Part shown: in pieces, positions 1-9,051 of the stretch
Layout of the letters: every line of letters starts with the position of its first letter
Position numbering within the stretch: the first letter of the stretch is position 1
Assembly: GCA_025800345.1 (NCBI GenBank)
Contig: JAOXSB010000073.1
Coordinates: 21,467-85,466 of the forward strand
Direction: 5' to 3'
From: Mangrovicoccus sp.
Lineage (GTDB): Bacteria; Pseudomonadota; Alphaproteobacteria; Rhodobacterales; Rhodobacteraceae
DNA: 64,000 nt
Made by a program: the position numbers and the translations under genes
Notes under the pieces: model-generated
Databases searched by the model: none
The model's input: the letters and a program-made list of their open reading frames with translations, nothing else
Told to the model about the DNA's origin: nothing

Positions 1-137
1 GCTCAGATGACCACAGCACAGGGCTACCGCACTGCACTGTCTCTGAGACCACGAGAGGTGCCGGGAAAGAGGAGTTGGTAGCAGCTGATTTACATTTGGA
101 AGCCGGTGTAGACATGTCGGCTCCAGGAAGGCGCGGC

Positions 138-374
138 TTAATCTCTCAACCGGAAGAGGTCCGCGACATCAAGATTCAGAGCGTCGGCTATTTTGATGAC
201 GGTTTTGAGACCGGGATTTCTCTCCCCGCGCTCAATTCCACCAATATATGTCCGGTCCAGATCCACTGCATGGGCAAAGCTCTCCTGCGAGTAGCCTTGC
301 GCCTTGCGGGCTGATCTCAGGTTGTTCCCGAAATCATCTGCTGTGAACCGATTTCTCATCCCTTGAAACGGCAA
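138..374 (-). CDS. XRE (Cro/C1) family helix-turn-helix transcriptional regulator
   Basis: 78-aa ORF. The segment QESFAHAVDLDRTYIGGIERGERNPGLKTVIKIADAL is a classic XRE HTH. Confidence 0.8.
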   Translation of the reverse strand: MPFQGMRNRFTADDFGNNLRSARKAQGYSQESFAHAVDLDRTYIGGIERGERNPGLKTVIKIADALNLDVADLFRLRD

Positions 375-445
375 GAAAGATGTTTAATCGTCTACGGACT
401 TATCGTATCATTTTATGGGGAAGGCTTTATTCTGAGGATGTTCAC

Positions 446-814
446 ATGTTTGATGCGTACCCTGACGGCAAGATCGAAGCCAACTCGGAACAATTTGCGG
501 AGATGCACAGGATTGCCAAATCCCGCCTAGCCGCAATCAACAGCATGCCCGGCGCCGGTCTCGGTTCAAAATTCAGACGCCACCTCGCACTTTCCAAACT
601 GAATGCGCAGCTTTCATTCTATGGCTGGGCGATCCGCAGAGATGGAACTCTGTTTGAGGTACGGGTACGCGGAGAACCGGTGAAGCTGTGTCGGGATGAC
701 AGGTCACAGCTACCTCCGGGAAGTTGTTCGATCCGACAACCGGTCGCCGTTTGCCAAATTCCGAACGGCATCGCTTTGGTATCGTTTAGCACCAACGGCC
801 CATATCGGACCTGA
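446..814 (+). CDS. Hypothetical protein, divergent from the XRE gene
   Basis: ORF track gives 380-814. I prefer ATG 446, preceded by GAGGA, because 380 lies only 5 nt from the divergent XRE start. No recognisable domain. Confidence 0.35.
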   Translation: MFDAYPDGKIEANSEQFAEMHRIAKSRLAAINSMPGAGLGSKFRRHLALSKLNAQLSFYGWAIRRDGTLFEVRVRGEPVKLCRDDRSQLPPGSCSIRQPVAVCQIPNGIALVSFSTNGPYRT

Positions 815-1072
815 ACGCCACATGCCGTTGCTGCGGTGCAGCCAGTCGAAGCAGCCATTGGTGCTCAGTGGCAACTTAAGGGGCTGTGCTTTGACTTGGA
901 TGTTCATCATCGAGTGGCTGCTCGACACCGACATGCCGCGTCGCGCTCAAATAGGCCTCAATAAAGATGAGGCCCAAAAATACTCTGAAGAAAGCTCTGC
1001 GAATCTGCCGTCAGGGGTAAGTCCGCGACAGTACAAGCCTTGTTGTACAGGTGTTTGGTCCTTAGAACCGTG

Positions 1073-1663
1073 CTAAGTTGTTTGGAGGAAATCGACCGTC
1101 TCGTGTATGGCCTCCAGAAAGCTGAAAAGAACAAACGCAACTTGCCAAGGCTTGCGCCGCATTTTTCCTTCGAGTTCGATTTCTCCGATCATCGACCAAA
1201 TGCCCTCATCTCGAGGCTGTGATCCATTGTCATAGACGGGGCGAAAGTCATCGGTGTGGATAATTTTGTTGCAGCATTCGCGAAGTGTTTCAGGGATCTC
1301 CTCGCCTTCATAGATGGTGAGAAACCCGCCGTGTGCTGCAAGCTGTTCGGCTTTGAAGGTCTGGAACCCTCGTTCCTCTCGCAACTGGTCATCAAGCGCA
1401 CGGTACGACGCCGCTACGGTCAGTAGAATCCTCGATAGTCGCTCCTCGGCTGCGTCTTGGTGCCGTTTGACCAGCAATGGGTGCGACCACGCGGGATCTT
1501 CGCCAAATTCCTGAAGATCATCATTCCAAAAGGCCTCAACACCTCTCGTTGCGAGCGCGATCTCGAATGCTTCAAGGCACATGGATTCGATTGCGTCGCA
1601 ATCAAAGGCGAGTGGTTTTTTGAATTCGTGCCAGTACGGATTTTCGTTCGGTGATCGAGACAC
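1073..1663 (-). CDS. Hypothetical protein, third gene of the AbiE operon
   Basis: 196-aa ORF. Its GTG start shares 1 nt with the AbiEii stop, and GAGGG lies about 8 nt upstream. No recognisable domain. Confidence 0.6.
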   Translation of the reverse strand: MSRSPNENPYWHEFKKPLAFDCDAIESMCLEAFEIALATRGVEAFWNDDLQEFGEDPAWSHPLLVKRHQDAAEERLSRILLTVAASYRALDDQLREERGFQTFKAEQLAAHGGFLTIYEGEEIPETLRECCNKIIHTDDFRPVYDNGSQPRDEGIWSMIGEIELEGKMRRKPWQVAFVLFSFLEAIHETVDFLQTT

Positions 1664-2688
1664 TATTTCACCCTCTTATTGGCGCGGATTTGCAGGTCGG
1701 CCATTCTTTCCATGAGTTCATCAAAGCCGATTGCATCGGATCGCAGGAGCCCGGCATCGATCATCTTTTGGTAATCCTGATGAAGCGCCTCCAAAGGCTC
1801 GCCCTCGGGTGCCAAACAAAGTGAACCGGATACTGCTGTCGCATACTCGATCACCTTTCCTGTTTTGTCAGTCTCCCGAAAGAATTGTTGCTTGTGCTCG
1901 GCTACAGCGTTGGCGAGCCCTCGATCATCAAAGGCCTTTTGGGCAATCCCGATCTTATCCAGGCAGTCAAGATCGTACCAATGTCGCGCATAACGATCGC
2001 CACCGCGAAAGGCTCCGCGCAGGCAATACGCGTGAATGGCAGTGGCTTTTTCCCAGAATGTGCGCTCCGCAACCATGACCCTTGGGTGGGCTGTGGGCAA
2101 TATGAGCCCTTCGACCCCCTCGACTAGATCGCAGGTTACTCTGTGCCGCCCGGCAGGCTCGCCCGTTGAGCGTGCACCGAACTCCAGGAGCACCGCGGGT
2201 CGCACATATCCGTTGTTGCCGCGCACAGCTTTGTAATCCAGGTAGAGCCGGCCATTGTCCTGCCGCAGTGATGCTGGGAGCTTCTGGCTTTCAAATTGAG
2301 TGATGAACAAAGGCACTACGTCGGTCTCGATCCAAACTGACAAGCGCTCTTGCACAGCCTCTGACCACTTCCTTGCCTGGGACCGGTTTGGTGGATACGG
2401 GGTCTCGGGATTTGAGATGAGATCGGGAATAATCTGCCGAATGTCATAGGTCACATCGACGTCTTCAGAAAATCGGTCGATCGCCTTGTAGACTTTTGAT
2501 AGGGACGTTCCGCCCTTGAATACGAGATGATCGCTCCATTCGCTTTCGAAAAGAGCATTGAGCGCCCAAACGACCCAGATGTCTTTTTCGAGGAGATCAG
2601 CGGGCCGCCCCAAATTTGAGGCAGCCGCTTCGAGCGCATCGATTTTGTCTCTTTCGGACAGATCGAAATAGCTTGGGGTTCGTGTCAT
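1663..2688 (-). CDS. abiEii: AbiEii/AbiGii-family nucleotidyltransferase toxin (DUF1814, type IV TA)
   Basis: FKGGTSLSKVY and FSEDVDVTYD motifs are typical of AbiEii. I take ATG at 2688 (ATGA overlap with the upstream stop) rather than the track start at 2727. Confidence 0.85.
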   Translation of the reverse strand: MTRTPSYFDLSERDKIDALEAAASNLGRPADLLEKDIWVVWALNALFESEWSDHLVFKGGTSLSKVYKAIDRFSEDVDVTYDIRQIIPDLISNPETPYPPNRSQARKWSEAVQERLSVWIETDVVPLFITQFESQKLPASLRQDNGRLYLDYKAVRGNNGYVRPAVLLEFGARSTGEPAGRHRVTCDLVEGVEGLILPTAHPRVMVAERTFWEKATAIHAYCLRGAFRGGDRYARHWYDLDCLDKIGIAQKAFDDRGLANAVAEHKQQFFRETDKTGKVIEYATAVSGSLCLAPEGEPLEALHQDYQKMIDAGLLRSDAIGFDELMERMADLQIRANKRVK

Positions 2689-3281
2689 CACGCCACGGCT
2701 AGGGTGCTTAGTTCTTTCGCCATCCAAGTCGGCGCGCTGGCGCGTAAGGCGAGTAGCTCACGCCGCTCGTCTTCATTCAGTTGGGACTTGATACGCCCCA
2801 AAGCCTTGCCTGCTTCTGATTTGCCAAAGTAAGCCAATGCCCTGAAGGCATGCCCGGCCCGGCTGTTTGGCGCACGTAGCTGCCAACTCGGAACATGCTT
2901 CAATTCCACGCTTTGGGCCCCAAGCTTCAGATTGCGACTGGGACCGGACGTCCAGTAGATCTGGCGGGAGGGGTTTTGCGTCGACAAACCAAGTATATTG
3001 GCCGCAGAGGCACCGCTTAGCGACACACGTTCTCCTGTGGTTTTTGCGATGCTCTCAACAACAGCCTCGACAGATGGCGCACGCGCCCCGAAGCGGGTCT
3101 TTACAGGCAGGGCGAACAGACCACGTTTTACACGCATGAGCTCGCCACGCTTCACCAATCGAGACAAAGCCTGGTCAATTGCAGCGCGCTCTCCAAGGTG
3201 GAGAAGCTCTTTTGCAGAAAGGGCCGAGCCTTCCGGCAACGCTTCTGCATAGGCCTTGATCGCTTCGGATGTGGTTCTCAT
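2688..3281 (-). CDS. abiEi: AbiEi-like antitoxin / transcriptional autoregulator (DUF6088-like)
   Basis: 197 aa with an N-terminal winged-helix-like segment (IDQALSRLVKRGELMRVKRGLFALP). It is translationally coupled upstream of AbiEii. Confidence 0.75.
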   Translation of the reverse strand: MRTTSEAIKAYAEALPEGSALSAKELLHLGERAAIDQALSRLVKRGELMRVKRGLFALPVKTRFGARAPSVEAVVESIAKTTGERVSLSGASAANILGLSTQNPSRQIYWTSGPSRNLKLGAQSVELKHVPSWQLRAPNSRAGHAFRALAYFGKSEAGKALGRIKSQLNEDERRELLALRASAPTWMAKELSTLAVA

Positions 3282-3293
3282 GTCGGCTCCTTT

Positions 3294-3321
3294 GTGTCAG
3301 ATATATAGCTTGTTTTCTGAC
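3294..3321. promoter_or_regulatory. Inverted repeat TGTCAGA-N14-TCTGACA in the divergent abiEi / sigma-like promoter region (candidate operator)
   Basis: Perfect 7-bp arms read directly from the sequence, 13 nt upstream of the abiEi start. AbiEi antitoxins are known to autoregulate through inverted repeats. Confidence 0.35.
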
Positions 3322-3403
3322 AGTTTGCAAGGTAAAAGCAAAGCAGGGAACGCGCTGGAGAAACCGAACTAACGAATTGATTTACGAAAATTATGAACTT
3401 GAT

Positions 3404-4210
3404 ATGTGCATTGAACCCCTGAGAAAACGAACAGTAAGCGGAGAGCTCTATACCCGACGGGATGAGATTAATGCGTTTATCCGCTTGAGCCTTGATTGGC
3501 CCTTTGATGAGCTGCTGGACAAAGCTGCGATGCGAGATCGGCGGCACGCCGACTACGTGCCTTCCGAAGTGCTGCTCTATCACCTGAGACAAACCAAGAC
3601 CGACAATGCGGATGGCCGGTTTGTTGCACTTTACAACATTTTGTTGGATCGGATTGAAGCTGCCTGTCCCCGGCCCAATAGCCGACGCGGCGATAAGGAC
3701 GTCGAGGATTTTCGCGTCGCCGAGATCCGCGATAAAATAATAGAACGTGTGACAGAGCTCATGTTTGAGGACCGGCGGGGCTACGTAGAACAGCTTGACG
3801 CATATGAGGTGTTTTTTGACCGGGCCGTTCGCTCCGTTCGCATAGACAAATTTCGGCAGATAAGTGGTCGGGAAAATGCCACCGAATCCGTTGTGCACCA
3901 CGATGGCAGCGAGGATATCCGCGAGGAAGTCGAAGAGGCGCTTGAGCGATACAAAAAGTCAGGCCTGACAAAAGAAGAAGATTTTGATTACCGGTTTCGC
4001 ATACGTCGCGCGATTGACGCCTTACCCGAGGAAGAACGAAAGGTGATCGATTTGATGCTCGCAGAGATTCCCATTGAGACGAACAAAGACGGTGAGCCTT
4101 CAATGACCCAGCTGCTCGGCTGCGTCGAAAAAACCGTACGAAACAGGCGTGATCGTGCGTTTGAAAAGATCAGACGCGCACTCAAACTGGAGGACAATGA
4201 TGAACAATAG
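3404..4210 (+). CDS. Sigma-70 region-4-like DNA-binding protein (ECF-sigma-like C-terminus)
   Basis: The C-terminal IDALPEEERKVIDLMLAEIP...MTQLLGCVEKTVRNRRDRAFEKIRRAL looks like sigma-70 region 4. ATG 3404 is chosen to leave a divergent promoter region; the track start 3269 would overlap abiEi. Confidence 0.6.
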   Translation: MCIEPLRKRTVSGELYTRRDEINAFIRLSLDWPFDELLDKAAMRDRRHADYVPSEVLLYHLRQTKTDNADGRFVALYNILLDRIEAACPRPNSRRGDKDVEDFRVAEIRDKIIERVTELMFEDRRGYVEQLDAYEVFFDRAVRSVRIDKFRQISGRENATESVVHHDGSEDIREEVEEALERYKKSGLTKEEDFDYRFRIRRAIDALPEEERKVIDLMLAEIPIETNKDGEPSMTQLLGCVEKTVRNRRDRAFEKIRRALKLEDNDEQ

Positions 4211-4748
4211 AGAAGATGTCCTCAGCGACTTTACGATTGAGCCTGAAATGTCGCCTGCCGTGCTGAAAACCTATTTGAGCAAATACCCTGAATTTGCAGA
4301 CGAACTTCTGGATTTGTTCCACGAGCTGACAATGAGCGACATGGAAGCGGTCGAGGCAAGTCTCCCGCTTGAGACCAAGGCTATGAAGACCAGCGTCTTG
4401 CGGGTTAGGAAAGTCGAGCAAGCACTGTACGGCGCCGACGTTCGTGAACTCTCAAAATCGTTGGGTTTGCCGCGGAGTTTCCTCATGGGGTTACAAGCAA
4501 GTGTAGTCCATATCGGCTCGATGCCGATTTCGCTCCTTAATAAGCTAGCGAAACTGCTGGATGTGAGATTACAGGATGTCATCAGCGGCATGCAAATTGG
4601 CGATCAACAGGCCGTTGCGATGAAATCTGATGTGAAACCTGAAGCACAACCGGCCATCGAATTCCAAGTTTATGTAGACCAGGCTGGATTGACCGAGGAG
4701 GAGCAACGCGCATTACAAGAGTTGCTTGTAGATGATGGATCGGATTGA
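4197..4748 (+). CDS. Hypothetical protein with XRE-like HTH segment
   Basis: ATGATG at 4197 is preceded by GGAGG and overlaps the upstream stop by 14 nt. [20 protein letters not shown] resembles an XRE-type HTH. The C-terminal tail is acidic. Confidence 0.6.
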   Translation: MMNNREDVLSDFTIEPEMSPAVLKTYLSKYPEFADELLDLFHELTMSDMEAVEASLPLETKAMKTSVLRVRKVEQALYGADVRELSKSLGLPRSFLMGLQASVVHIGSMPISLLNKLAKLLDVRLQDVISGMQIGDQQAVAMKSDVKPEAQPAIEFQVYVDQAGLTEEEQRALQELLVDDGSD

Positions 4749-7700
4749 AGCCGTTCGTCGATGTGCCGCACATCTTCATACTGAGCGTAGGAGCAAGGGA
4801 GGCGATCCAACCCAACCCTATTCATTTGCTCTCCAAGAGGCAGAAGCTCGGGATTACGAAGTCCGCAAGCTCGCTCCTGACCATCCCCAGCTCAAAGGGG
4901 GACGGGCGCTCTTGCAGCCGAGAACCAAAGTCATCCTGCATGAGGATACGGGCAATGAGTTTTTAAATGCGTTTCTTGTTGCCCATGAGCTAGGTCATGA
5001 TGAATTTGGCGGAGGTATTGATGTCCCGCCAACCGTGAACATCGATCCGGCACGATCGTCTGATCCAGCCTCCGTTGGGGCGGATCGCGTTGTCGATTAC
5101 AGCAACCGTGCCCGCCAGGAAGTCCAAATGGATATGTTTGCGCGGGAGTTCCTCTTTCCGCGCAGTTTGGCCTGGTCCTGGCATGTCGAAGACAACCTTG
5201 GCGCAAAGGAGATTTCAGAGCGTCTTGGCGCCCCCTACGACATGGTTGCGGTGCAGCTATTTGATGCGCTTTTGTTACCGGTGTTGGAGGAAACGCCGGA
5301 TATCGCAAGCGCACCCAAACCATTGAACCGTGAGCAACAACTTGCTGCGGATCATGACGGAAAAGCGCTTCTGCTGAAGGCGGGCCCCGGGACGGGCAAA
5401 ACCCAGACGCTCGTTGGCCGCCTGTCTGTGCTACGAGACCGCGCTGTGCAGCCAGAGTCCATTCTGCTTCTGACATTTTCCAACAAGGCCGCAGGAGAGA
5501 TGACCGATCGGGCGCTGCGGGTTTGGCCGGAAGCGGCTGGTGCGGCCTGGATTGGGACCTTTCACTCATTTGGGCTTGATATCTTGCGCAGGTTTCATGA
5601 CTGCGTGGGTCTTCCCGCGGATCCCCGTATGATTGATACGACCGAAGCCATCGCCCTATTGGAGGATGAATTCCCACGGCTGCGTTTGAAGCATTTCAAC
5701 GAACTTTGGGATCCGACAGATACCCTGCGCTCTCTCCTTTCCGCCATTTCACGGGCCAAGGATGAGGTGGTCGACAACATCCATTACCGTAAGCTCGCCG
5801 AGCAAATGATGGAGGCCGCGGTCACAGAGGCGGATATCGAGGCAGCAGAAACGTGTCTGGAGATCTCAGCTGTCTATGATCTCTATGAAGAACTCAAGGC
5901 GGAACGCGGCGTGGTCGATTTTGGTGATCTGGTCGCTCGGCCGACAATGCTCGTCGAAGGTGATGCGGATGTTCGCGAGAAACTTCAACAACTCTACGAC
6001 CATGTTCTGGTGGACGAGTATCAGGACGTAAACCGGGCCAGTGTGCGATTGTTGAAGGCGCTGAAGCCTGACGGCACCAACCTCTGGGTGGTGGGAGATG
6101 CCAAACAATCGATTTACCGGTTTCGAGGTGCATCCTCGTATAACATTGATCGATTTGAGACCGAGGATTTCTCCGGAGGCAAAAGTCTCCCACTCAATAT
6201 CAATTACAGGTCATCACAAGAAATTTGTGACATATTCAAGGGCTTCGCTCAAACGCGCATGGTAGCTGCCGGTGTGGGCTTTGAGGCCACGGCGTTTAAG
6301 GGTGCCAGTGGGATTAGTCCCGTGTTTGTGGGCGTCGATGCCAAGGATCGCGAAATCGATGAAATCGCCTTCCGAATTAAAGACGCCTGCAACGAGGCCA
6401 CGTCTTTCCGTGATCAGGCCGTCATATGTAAGGGCAATGCGAGGCTGGCAGAAATCGCCGCTGGTTTAGAGGCGCGGGGTATTCCGGTCTTGTTTCTTGG
6501 GCCCCTCTTCGACAGACCAGAAATAAAGCAAGCGCTTTCCGTCCTTTCCCTTGTGGTTGACCCACGCGCCATGGGACTTGCCTGCGTCGCGTCTCTGCGC
6601 CCATTTCAAATGGCGATTGACGATGTTTCAGCTTGTGTTGATGCGGTTCGTGCCGCAAAGAACACGCTGCCCTTGGACTGGAGGCAGACGCTTTCGGGCC
6701 TAGACGACATCAGCGAGGCGGGTGAGAAGTCCCTCTCAAAGTTGATTGAGGTGTTTGGGGAGTTTGAACCAACTTCATCAGCCTGGCGCGTGGTTACAAC
6801 ACTCTATCTCGACAAGACGCGCTTGGCAGCCGAATTTGCGAAGGAAGCAAGATCAGGCAACGCAAATCCTGCGATTGCGATGTGGCAGTTTCAGAATTTT
6901 CTGAGATCAACATTGCCGAAAAAATCCGGGTACCCCATTCGTGATCTTCTCGATCACATCCGGCGCCTTGTCATTGTGTCAGATGAACGTGACTTACGCG
7001 ACCTGCCTGAAGCGGCACAAAGCCTCGACGCTGTCCGGATCATGACCATTCACGGCAGCAAGGGACTTGAGTTCAAAGTCCTTCATTTGCCGGCATTAAC
7101 CAGCCGATCCATTCCGCTGTCAGCCAAGCAAAACCGCGGACTTGCGCCTCCTGACGGCATGATCGAGGGTGCGCCCTTTAAGGGCTGTGACGCGCTCACG
7201 TCTGGGCATGACGAGGAGCAGGAATGTTTGTTTTTCGTCGCTTTATCCAGAGCAGAGGAGCGGTTGATACTTTATGCCTACAGCAAGAGATCGAAGTTCG
7301 TGGATGACATATCTGGTCATGTTCTAAGCGAAGCTTCACAATCGGCATCGACTGAATTCGCGATATCAGCGAACGGAATAAAGTTGGAGGTTGATGGCAT
7401 CGCTCGCATATCGCCTTCCCAGCTTGCGGCCTATGAAAAGTGCCCGCGGCGGTTTTTCTTTGCACATGTGTTGCAAGTCGGCGGTCGTCGCGCAGAGTCG
7501 CCCCTTATGCGTATGCACAACGCAGTCCAGGGCGTTGTCGATGAGCTGACGTCTCGTTTGAACGATGAACCAAGCGATGCAGAACTCGCAGCCATTATGG
7601 ATAAGGCGTGGGTGGAAAATGGTCCGGTGGATCATGGATACGCTGCCGAGTACCGTCAAATCTCAGACGAGCTGCTGAGTTTTTTCCGATTGGTCCGAAC

Positions 7701-8130
7701 AGGTGAAAAACGGCGCGCACCAACCCCAATTTCCTTGAAGTTCGGTGAGGCAGAGATTGTCGTGTCTGCACATGAGGAAGTCGATGCTGGGTCTGGCCGG
7801 GTGCTGCGGCGTATCAAAACAGGACGGAAGACCACGAACGCTGTCGAGTCCTTAGATGCGGCTGCCTTTCAGCTCGCCGCTGAAGGCCACGGCCAGGCAG
7901 AGTTCGTGTTTCTGACCGGCGCGACGCAGGACCGATTGACCATGAGCAGCACGAAACTGGGGAACCGGAAAACAAAGATCGCTCAAGCTGCAATTGCGAT
8001 CCTCGAAGGGCATTTCCCTCCAAAACGCACCGATCGCTGCGCCCGCTGCGCATATTTCTTCATCTGCAATGAACCGCCCTCAGGCACGCTCCGAAAAAAA
8101 ATCGGATCAGGCTTACCGGATTCCTCCTGA
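4732..8130 (+). CDS. ImmA/IrrE (M78) metallopeptidase + UvrD/PcrA-type SF1 helicase + Cas4/AddB-type PD-(D/E)XK nuclease fusion
   Basis: HEXXH ([10 protein letters not shown]) near the N-terminus. Helicase motifs [43 protein letters not shown] and ALSRA. C-terminal CPRRFF...[10 protein letters not shown] (C...CX2CX5C) is typical of iron-sulfur RecB-family nucleases. Confidence 0.85.
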   Translation: MMDRIEAVRRCAAHLHTERRSKGGDPTQPYSFALQEAEARDYEVRKLAPDHPQLKGGRALLQPRTKVILHEDTGNEFLNAFLVAHELGHDEFGGGIDVPPTVNIDPARSSDPASVGADRVVDYSNRARQEVQMDMFAREFLFPRSLAWSWHVEDNLGAKEISERLGAPYDMVAVQLFDALLLPVLEETPDIASAPKPLNREQQLAADHDGKALLLKAGPGTGKTQTLVGRLSVLRDRAVQPESILLLTFSNKAAGEMTDRALRVWPEAAGAAWIGTFHSFGLDILRRFHDCVGLPADPRMIDTTEAIALLEDEFPRLRLKHFNELWDPTDTLRSLLSAISRAKDEVVDNIHYRKLAEQMMEAAVTEADIEAAETCLEISAVYDLYEELKAERGVVDFGDLVARPTMLVEGDADVREKLQQLYDHVLVDEYQDVNRASVRLLKALKPDGTNLWVVGDAKQSIYRFRGASSYNIDRFETEDFSGGKSLPLNINYRSSQEICDIFKGFAQTRMVAAGVGFEATAFKGASGISPVFVGVDAKDREIDEIAFRIKDACNEATSFRDQAVICKGNARLAEIAAGLEARGIPVLFLGPLFDRPEIKQALSVLSLVVDPRAMGLACVASLRPFQMAIDDVSACVDAVRAAKNTLPLDWRQTLSGLDDISEAGEKSLSKLIEVFGEFEPTSSAWRVVTTLYLDKTRLAAEFAKEARSGNANPAIAMWQFQNFLRSTLPKKSGYPIRDLLDHIRRLVIVSDERDLRDLPEAAQSLDAVRIMTIHGSKGLEFKVLHLPALTSRSIPLSAKQNRGLAPPDGMIEGAPFKGCDALTSGHDEEQECLFFVALSRAEERLILYAYSKRSKFVDDISGHVLSEASQSASTEFAISANGIKLEVDGIARISPSQLAAYEKCPRRFFFAHVLQVGGRRAESPLMRMHNAVQGVVDELTSRLNDEPSDAELAAIMDKAWVENGPVDHGYAAEYRQISDELLSFFRLVRTGEKRRAPTPISLKFGEAEIVVSAHEEVDAGSGRVLRRIKTGRKTTNAVESLDAAAFQLAAEGHGQAEFVFLTGATQDRLTMSSTKLGNRKTKIAQAAIAILEGHFPPKRTDRCARCAYFFICNEPPSGTLRKKIGSGLPDSS

Positions 8131-8199
8131 CGCCGCGATTGTCCTTGTGAAGGCGCAGACATGAGGTTTACGTCCGCCAACTTCTTAAGGACGAACACA

Positions 8200-9051
8200 A
8201 TGAAATCGCAAGGAAATGATCCTCGCTTCCCGGTCTTCATCGCTGATGAGGGCCTCAACTACAAAAAACACGTTTTCGATGACCCAAAGGTTCTCGGTCG
8301 CCAGTTGATCGAAGCTGCCGACGGGCATCCGGTTGATGAACATGTGGCAATCGCCATTTTGCCAAACGGGGACTTCGAAGACATTCGCCTCGACGAAAGC
8401 TATGATCTGCGCGGGCGCGGTGCCGAGAAAGTGCTGGTTGCGCGGACGGACCGTGTCTTCAAGTTTAAGATCGACGACAAGGATCTTGAATGGCCGCGCG
8501 CGTGCATCAGCGGATTTGTACTGCGTAAGCTTGCGGACCTGCCGGAAAACTACAATCTCTGGCAGGAAATTCCAGGCCAGCAGGACCGCAAGATTGCTGA
8601 CTGCGATCTGATCAATCTCAATGCCAAGGGTGTGGAGCGGTTCATCTCGCTCATCGATCAGACGACGGAGGGGGACACCCTTCCGTCGTTCGATCAGACT
8701 TTTCTGGTGGACCATGGCTATCAGTTCGACGTCGTTCAGGAAGGCCGTGAAACCGGCATCATCCTGAAGTCGCTCGACCTGCCGGAAGGCAAATTCAATG
8801 TCGAAGCCGCGGACATCCTTGTACTCCTGCCAAACGGGTATCCCGACTGCGCGCCTGATATGTTCTATGCCTCTCCGCATTTGACGTTGGCGAGCGGTCA
8901 GGTCCCGAAAGCCTGCACGGTCCAGCACACCTATGCAGGTCGTGTTTGGCAGCGCTGGTCGCGCCACAACAACGCCTGGCGGCCCGGGATTGATGGTTTG
9001 CGCACGATGGTGGCGCGGATCAAAACTGCGCTCGCCGAGGCGCGGCCATGA
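8200..9051 (+). CDS. Tandem ubiquitin-like (Multi_ubiq) domains fused to a prokaryotic E2-like domain (family E type)
   Basis: Two beta-grasp-like repeats (VFIADEGLNYKKHVF... and FKFKIDDKDLEWPRACISGFVLRKLA...). These are followed by LPNGYPDCAPDMFY...GRVWQRWSRHNNAWRPGIDGL, which I recognise as Prok-E2_E-like. ATG 8200 has an AAGGA RBS. Confidence 0.8.
   Translation: MKSQGNDPRFPVFIADEGLNYKKHVFDDPKVLGRQLIEAADGHPVDEHVAIAILPNGDFEDIRLDESYDLRGRGAEKVLVARTDRVFKFKIDDKDLEWPRACISGFVLRKLADLPENYNLWQEIPGQQDRKIADCDLINLNAKGVERFISLIDQTTEGDTLPSFDQTFLVDHGYQFDVVQEGRETGIILKSLDLPEGKFNVEAADILVLLPNGYPDCAPDMFYASPHLTLASGQVPKACTVQHTYAGRVWQRWSRHNNAWRPGIDGLRTMVARIKTALAEARP

Noticed and set aside
1-137. tRNA/tmRNA fragment or att site at the window start that could mark an integration site
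   Set aside because: I could fold no cloverleaf-compatible arms and found no T-loop GTTCGAATC-like motif. This segment more likely belongs to a gene or UTR continuing outside the window.
696-1076. Overlapping ORFs 696-1076 (+), 710-934 (-) and 619-858 (-) in the gap between the XRE partner gene and the AbiE operon
   Set aside because: They are mutually overlapping, with no motifs or RBS. I cannot support any of them, and the region may be non-coding or a decayed gene.
3278-3901. 207-aa minus-strand ORF antisense to the sigma-like gene
   Set aside because: It would have to start inside the neighbouring gene and overlaps the abiEi start region. It has no motifs, and the plus-strand frame has a sigma region-4 signature.
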